Of a stretch of DNA of 57,512 nucleotides, positions 53,067-57,512 are shown piece by piece (positions within the stretch are counted from its first letter, which is position 1; each line of letters opens with the position of its first letter). Location of the stretch: IMG/VR virus record IMGVR_UViG_3300037225_000305; one strand, given 5' to 3'. A program made the translations under genes and the position numbers. The DNA comes from a virus. The notes under the pieces were generated by a model that saw only the letters and a list, made by a program, of their open reading frames with translations, did no database searches and had not been told where the DNA came from.

Positions 53067-53425
53067 ACGACAATCACTCCCAGGCGCACGTATTCCCCAG
53101 ACAGATTAGTGCCAGTTGCCGCCTCCGCCCCAGCCTGTTGTTGCTGCCCTCCAACTACTGTGTTGACTGCGGAAATCCACTTCAGTATCCAGAATGCTGA
53201 AGACTTCCGAATCACCACGATATCGAAGTTGGCAGAGAACGAAGCTGTTGAGGAAATGAATTCAATCGCGTTGGAGCCAAGTGATCGAGAGTTGATTAGG
53301 TCTCCTCCGGTCGGAGGAGACCCGGCAATCACGGGCGCATATGATTGAGGCCCCGCCCATCGTATGCGCCCGTATAATTCATCTCCCTGCGGAGCAAACC
53401 GTCGTTCCCAAGCAGATACCGACAT
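53063..53425 (-). CDS. Paralog 2 of a tandem pair (120 aa)
   Basis: Aligns along its length with 53430..53798 (for example PPTGGD, W(I/T)LKWIS, VGGQxQxAG(A/T)EA). Confidence 0.6.
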   Translation of the reverse strand: MSVSAWERRFAPQGDELYGRIRWAGPQSYAPVIAGSPPTGGDLINSRSLGSNAIEFISSTASFSANFDIVVIRKSSAFWILKWISAVNTVVGGQQQQAGAEAATGTNLSGEYVRLGVIVV

Positions 53426-53429
53426 GGGG

Positions 53430-53798
53430 TCACCCCGCCATCGTGTTGATTTGGAGTTTCACGGATTCGCCGCTGAGATCGGTAGCCGAGATGGCTTCCG
53501 TCCCTGCGACTTGGCTTTGCCCGCCGACCGTGGCCGTGACCAGCGAAATCCACTTCAGGGTCCACGTAGCATCCGAAATGCGAATCGGGACTATCTGAAA
53601 CCGACCCGTGTAGCTGGAATCCCCCAGCACCAGGACGATCATACTCACGCCGAACTGCGAAGCCTTGATTTGGTCGCCACCCGTGGGCGGCGCGCCCGCC
53701 GTGACCTGCGTGTAACTCGATGGCCCGGTCCACCGCACGCGGCAGTAGGGTTCGTCGCCGGGAGGTGCCAGTTTCCGCAACCAGTCTTTGACCGGCAT
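53430..53798 (-). CDS. Paralog 1 of a tandem pair (122 aa from ATG 53798)
   Basis: ATG 1 nt after the upstream TAA; see the paralog alignment. Confidence 0.6.
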   Translation of the reverse strand: MPVKDWLRKLAPPGDEPYCRVRWTGPSSYTQVTAGAPPTGGDQIKASQFGVSMIVLVLGDSSYTGRFQIVPIRISDATWTLKWISLVTATVGGQSQVAGTEAISATDLSGESVKLQINTMAG

Positions 53799-53799
53799 A

Positions 53800-54414
53800 T
53801 TACACCACCTCATTGACCGCGCGGACGAGCACAAGTCCCGTCGTTGGCGGAAGAGTAATCGCGCCGATTGCCACGCCGATTGCCGCCTTCAACGTCAGGT
53901 AGGTCGGGGAACCGCTCTGCGTCAGCACGTCGGCCAGACCGGTCGTCACGTCGATAACCACCAAGTCGCCGTCAGCCGGCGTTCCTACCGTGGTCGGACT
54001 CTTGAACTTCACCGTCGTCTTTCCACTCCGCTGAATCCAGCAGTACTGGCCCTTGGTGACGGTGTTCAGGCAGAATCCCGCCCATTGACCCACGAGCGGT
54101 GCCGTGAAGTCGCACGTCACGACGTAGTTTTCGTAGTCCGTCCACGCGACCGGCTGGCCCTTGGTGTAGGTGCCGGTGGTCGCTGCCGTGGTCTTCACGT
54201 ACTGGAAGCACCCGCCGTACAGCGTGCCGATGGTGCTGTCGTACCGCACGCCACCGGGGTTGCCGTCCAGCCACACGCGGGCTCCCAACTGGGCCGCGTA
54301 CTGGTTCGTCGCGCCGCTGGCGCTCGGGGTGTTGTTCGCCGGGTAGGCGTCGTTGATGTCATTCAGGGCAGGAAGACTGGTCCTGACGATTGCTTGTTCC
54401 ACACGATTCGGCAT
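53800..54414 (-). CDS. Hypothetical head-module protein (204 aa)
   Basis: AAGGAG RBS; first gene after the putative capsid gene. Confidence 0.6.
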   Translation of the reverse strand: MPNRVEQAIVRTSLPALNDINDAYPANNTPSASGATNQYAAQLGARVWLDGNPGGVRYDSTIGTLYGGCFQYVKTTAATTGTYTKGQPVAWTDYENYVVTCDFTAPLVGQWAGFCLNTVTKGQYCWIQRSGKTTVKFKSPTTVGTPADGDLVVIDVTTGLADVLTQSGSPTYLTLKAAIGVAIGAITLPPTTGLVLVRAVNEVV

Positions 54415-54525
54415 TACTGGCTCCTTTTGATACCCCCGACAATCGCCTGCTGCCGGGGGCGGTTACGTTGCTATTTCGAAGACCGCTTGCGCGGCGACTT
54501 CGCCATTCTTCGCTTGTGACTTATG

Positions 54526-55686
54526 TCAAGCGGTGATCCCGTAAAAACTTTTCTGATGACGAGGACTTAAACAGATCAGATTGCAGGCCGCGTGCGTGCG
54601 CGCTACAACCTTGGTGCTGTCCGCCGCCGGGTAGAAGCCCCACAACCCGAACTGGTAGCGCGGGCTGGCCGACAACCGGAACTGCCATTTGGTCGTGTTG
54701 TACCAGTCGAACGTCTCGCCCACTGTGACGACTGCCGTAGCCACCGGCAAGTTGCTCCGGGCATCGACGCCAGACGGAACGATGAACGTTCCGGTCTTGT
54801 AGTTGCCAAGCACCGGGTCGTTCACGCCGTACGCCGCGCTCGGGTAGTAGTCGTCGGGGAAGATGATGGCGTCGTTCATCTTCACGCCGGTCACGCCCCA
54901 GATGGCGTCTTCCGCGTTGGTCAGGTTGCCGCGCTGCAAGGGCTGAATCTTTTCCTTGATGTAGGCGAACGCGCGCTTGGTCGTCACACCGAGATTCGGG
55001 CGTTCCCGGCCAATGGAGGCGTCCCAGTAGCCCTCTTCCAGAATGGAGTAGGTCAGGGCACCACCGGGCGAGGTCTGCCCCGCCGCCGTGGTGGAGTCGC
55101 CGCAGTAGCGCGGAATCGAGTTCAGCGTGGAACCCACAGCCCCGTTGCGCAACTGCCCGCCGTACGTGGTGAAGATGCTGCCGTCCCACCCCGGCGTGAT
55201 GCCGTCGTTGATGGCTTCGATCTTTCCGTTGATGTCGTACGGGCGATTGCCGACGATGCCGCTTCCGCTCGGCTGTCCGTGCAGGTTAATCGCAATGGCG
55301 ATGTCCGCGCAGATCGAATTCATCATGTTCGCCAGGTTCAGGTTCAACAGCGAGAACACTGCGTTTGGCCCGACGTTCAACACGTCGATGTTTTCCATGT
55401 ACTCGGGGTAGATCGCCGCGTAGTACTTCGGGTCGAACCGAGTGCCCGCGATGGTCTGCACCTTGTCCAAGTTGAACTGCTGGCCGATCCCGTAGCTGCT
55501 GGTCAACAGCGGAGCGTACAGGAAGGTCTGCTGCATCGTCGAACCGCCGCCGAACGTCGCCAGGCAGTGGTCCCGAATGTAGGCGAGGAAAGCGACATCG
55601 TTGAAGAAGTTATCCTGCACCACATTCGGATAAATTTCGTACAACGTAGTCGCTGAAAGTTCGTCCAGGGCCGGATCGAAAGCCAT
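54526..55686 (-). CDS. Putative major capsid protein (386 aa)
   Basis: Size, AAGAGG RBS, position after a scaffold-like gene, and a 111-nt gap with a GC hairpin (54433..54459) downstream. No homology check. Confidence 0.55.
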   Translation of the reverse strand: MAFDPALDELSATTLYEIYPNVVQDNFFNDVAFLAYIRDHCLATFGGGSTMQQTFLYAPLLTSSYGIGQQFNLDKVQTIAGTRFDPKYYAAIYPEYMENIDVLNVGPNAVFSLLNLNLANMMNSICADIAIAINLHGQPSGSGIVGNRPYDINGKIEAINDGITPGWDGSIFTTYGGQLRNGAVGSTLNSIPRYCGDSTTAAGQTSPGGALTYSILEEGYWDASIGRERPNLGVTTKRAFAYIKEKIQPLQRGNLTNAEDAIWGVTGVKMNDAIIFPDDYYPSAAYGVNDPVLGNYKTGTFIVPSGVDARSNLPVATAVVTVGETFDWYNTTKWQFRLSASPRYQFGLWGFYPAADSTKVVARTHAACNLICLSPRHQKSFYGITA

Positions 55687-55732
55687 TTTGATTGCCTCTT
55701 GTCTGTGCCGGACAAACTACGCCCGGACGGGT

Positions 55733-56614
55733 TTAGTGGTTTGCCCCGGCGTTACCCGGCGCGTACTTGTGCGACAACAGTGCCTCGGTGGCGCGTTGAA
55801 TCGCGGACCCGGCGTTCTGCTGCCTGTTGCCCAACGGGGCCTTCACCCCGGTCTTGTTCGCCGCCGCCTGGAATACAGGGCTCGGCGGAGTGGCGATGCC
55901 GAAGGGGTTGACCTTCTGCTCGCTCAACTTCTGCTTGTAGTCGATCTCGGCTGCGGCGCGGCCTTCCGCCCGGTACTTGTCGGCGGTGATTTCCGCGCGC
56001 TTCGCGGTGGCTCCGAACTTGTCGTCCCACACGGCGGTCGGGGACCGGCGCTGCGCCACGGCGTCGTTCAGAATTTCCTTCATCACGAGCGGCTTGTCGG
56101 GAAACAGTTCCATGTGCTGCCGCATCACGTCGTGTAGTTCGACCTCGAAATTCACGTTCGTGCGGAAGAGGTCTTCGAGAGCGCCGATGCGCTTGTCGAT
56201 GTCGGACGGAACGGCTTCCTGCTGCTGGCGCACCGGGGGAGTCACGACCGCATCGCCGAAGAGCTCCTTTTCGGCGTCGATGCCGTACACCTGCCCGAGC
56301 GTCTTGGCTTTCGCCTGGACCGCTGCCAGCCGGCTTTCGGCGGCTTCGCGTTCCTGTTGAGCCGTCATGAACTGCCCGTTCATGCGAACCCTGTCGCTTT
56401 CGAGTTTGGTTTTGAATTCGTCAAGTTCCTGCCGAGCGGCGGCGATTTCCGCCTTTCCGGAATTCATCATGCGGTTGTAGTCGGACTGTCTCAGCCCCGA
56501 TTCGATACTCTGTTGGAGTCCGGTTCCTACCTTCTCGTTGGCGATAAGTTGCTGCACGAGTTCTGGTGATGCGCCGAGTTCCGTTAATGTTTTCGATACG
56601 ATTTCGAATGCCAT
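55733..56614 (-). CDS. Putative scaffolding protein (293 aa)
   Basis: Highly helical, charged coiled-coil composition directly upstream of the putative capsid gene; AAGGAG RBS. Confidence 0.45.
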   Translation of the reverse strand: MAFEIVSKTLTELGASPELVQQLIANEKVGTGLQQSIESGLRQSDYNRMMNSGKAEIAAARQELDEFKTKLESDRVRMNGQFMTAQQEREAAESRLAAVQAKAKTLGQVYGIDAEKELFGDAVVTPPVRQQQEAVPSDIDKRIGALEDLFRTNVNFEVELHDVMRQHMELFPDKPLVMKEILNDAVAQRRSPTAVWDDKFGATAKRAEITADKYRAEGRAAAEIDYKQKLSEQKVNPFGIATPPSPVFQAAANKTGVKAPLGNRQQNAGSAIQRATEALLSHKYAPGNAGANH

Positions 56615-56660
56615 CTTGGCTCCTTCCCTTACGGGTTCCGGATTTCCTCGGGTTCCGCCA

Positions 56661-56981
56661 TCATCCCATTGCTCCGGTCGGGGGTTGGCTTCCCGAGGTC
56701 GAACTTCCTACGATTCTGACCAGCATCCGTGTCAGTCCAGCCTTCAGCCCTTGCGCTTCCTGGGCTGCTGCGGGGAACTGCTTGGCGATTCCGTCTAACG
56801 CTTCGCCGAGGGAGCGGATCTGGAGATTCACAGATTCCATTTGCTGCTTGCGCAGTTGCTCCGTCGTCATGCGAGCGCCTTGCTGCTGAACTCCCATCAT
56901 GCCTGCGTAGGCGGACATATCCGTGCCGGAAGATTGGTCCTGGGGTTGTTCGGGAGACGGGAATGGTTGCGGGCTGGTCAT
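56661..56981 (-). CDS. Hypothetical Gln/Gly/Ser-rich protein (106 aa)
   Basis: ATG ORF in the late operon. Confidence 0.5.
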   Translation of the reverse strand: MTSPQPFPSPEQPQDQSSGTDMSAYAGMMGVQQQGARMTTEQLRKQQMESVNLQIRSLGEALDGIAKQFPAAAQEAQGLKAGLTRMLVRIVGSSTSGSQPPTGAMG

Positions 56982-56985
56982 GGGA

Positions 56986-57099
56986 CTACTTGCAGCCGCC
57001 CTTGTGCATGGGCGTCTTTAACTTTGCCTTTTTCGCTCTGACTTTCTTCATCGCCTTTTTCTTCGGCATGTGAACCCCGAGGTCTGCTGGTTCTTTCAC
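56986..57099 (-). CDS. Lys-rich microprotein (37 aa, GTG start)
   Basis: AGGAGG 5 nt upstream of GTG 57099; MKEPADLGVHMPKKKAMKKVRAKKAKLKTPMHKGGCK. Confidence 0.4.
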   Translation of the reverse strand: MKEPADLGVHMPKKKAMKKVRAKKAKLKTPMHKGGCK

Positions 57100-57200
57100 A
57101 CCGTCCTCCTAAACTGTGGGGGTCGGTCGCAAGCCCGCCCCCCGCGTTGCCATACCCTGCGAAGGGGACACGCCTTTCAGCGCATCGTTCGCGGGAGGGC

Positions 57201-57269
57201 TTACTTCTTGGCGTGCTTTTTGACGCGCTTGCCGCGCCGCTTGTTTTCGACCGGGCCGAATCCCAACAT
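57201..57269 (-). CDS. Lys/Arg-rich microprotein (22 aa)
   Basis: AAGGAG 8 nt upstream of ATG 57269; MLGFGPVENKRRGKRVKKHAKK. Confidence 0.35.
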   Translation of the reverse strand: MLGFGPVENKRRGKRVKKHAKK

Positions 57270-57302
57270 GGCTTTTTCTCCTTTCGCCTGACCCCAAAAG
57301 AA

Positions 57303-57336
57303 AACGGCGCTCCCGGTTCAACCCGGAAGCGCCGTT
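57303..57336 (-). terminator. Rho-independent terminator candidate (leftward) between the portal block and the capsid block
   Basis: 9-bp stem AACGGCGCT/AGCGCCGTT plus inner CCGG/CCGG; on the minus strand it is followed by TTCTTTTGG. Confidence 0.55.
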
Positions 57337-57378
57337 GATTTATGAAGCCAAACCTCGTTGCGCTACTTCACATTCAAA

Positions 57379-57512
57379 TTACGCACCATCGGTCTTAATT
57401 GTCAAGGTCTTATTCCTCTCCGAGGCGGGCTCAATCCACTGCACGCCACCCGCCGCCAGCCCTCGGTTGAAGTTCACAACGAGTTTACCTGTCCGTTTTT
57501 CCCGTGCAGCAG
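57379..57512 (-). CDS. C-terminal part (with TAA stop at 57379-57381) of the 61-aa junction-spanning ORF listed at 1..179
   Basis: Same reading frame continues through the duplicated 127 bp. Confidence 0.45.
   Translation of the reverse strand, partial: AAREKRTGKLVVNFNRGLAAGGVQWIEPASERNKTLTIKTDGA
57386..57512. repeat. Terminal exact duplicate (copy 2) of 1..127
   Basis: See copy 1. Confidence 0.95.

Noticed and set aside
54433-54459. Hairpin CCCCCG-N15-CGGGGG after the putative capsid gene as a terminator
   Set aside because: The stem is short, the loop is large and no T-run follows on the minus strand. It is noted only as a possible attenuator.
57109-57321. 70-aa minus-strand ORF
   Set aside because: Its start lies inside the terminator hairpin, it is out of frame with the two SD-preceded microORFs, and it is Arg/Gly-rich.

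Overview
The window looks like one complete, circularly closed tailed-phage (Caudoviricetes-like) genome. Bases 1-127 are identical to 57386-57512, so the unique length is 57,385 bp, and a 61-aa ORF plus the late operon read straight across the artificial junction. The sequence is visibly GC-rich (not computed), with a few clearly AT-richer islands.

Layout:
- Leftward late arm (minus strand), 57.3 kb down to 31.5 kb: scaffold-like protein, putative major capsid protein, fibre / beta-helix / depolymerase-like proteins, large virion proteins, a tail-collar fibre, internal-virion or tape-measure-like proteins, and a Cas4-like nuclease.
- The arm continues across the junction into 11.2 kb down to 0.2 kb: a 1259-aa repeat-rich fibre, an HTH protein, putative small terminase, large terminase, a free-standing LAGLIDADG homing endonuclease, an FmdB-type zinc ribbon, and a putative portal.
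- Accessory island at 11.2-13.1 kb: tRNA-like cloverleaf and a retropepsin-like protease cassette.
- Rightward early/middle arm, 13.3-31.7 kb: about 45 mostly small, translationally coupled genes (many ATGA/GTGA overlaps). These include an ERF-like annealing protein, a YqaJ-like exonuclease, a RuvC-like resolvase, a small serine recombinase, an XRE-like regulator, a TPR+GT9-like glycosyltransferase, a TylF-like methyltransferase, many Cys-rich microproteins and a strict (Gly-X)n protein.

I recognised no replicative polymerase, primase, helicase, tyrosine integrase or endolysin.

Items most worth a second look:
- Sec-type signal peptides on seven late-arm proteins, including giant fibre and depolymerase-like proteins.
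- A roughly 0.9-1.2 kb coding desert with phased 23-bp repeats.
- A non-canonical long-variable-arm tRNA-like element.
- A low-GC retropepsin plus DUF5678-like cassette.
- A hexanucleotide-repeat gene encoding (Gly-X)42.
- A 15-18-nt motif present three times in early-arm intergenic regions.

All functional calls rest on motifs I recognise by eye, gene order, RBS and coupling context, and rough codon third-position inspection. No homology search, RNA folding or statistics were run.
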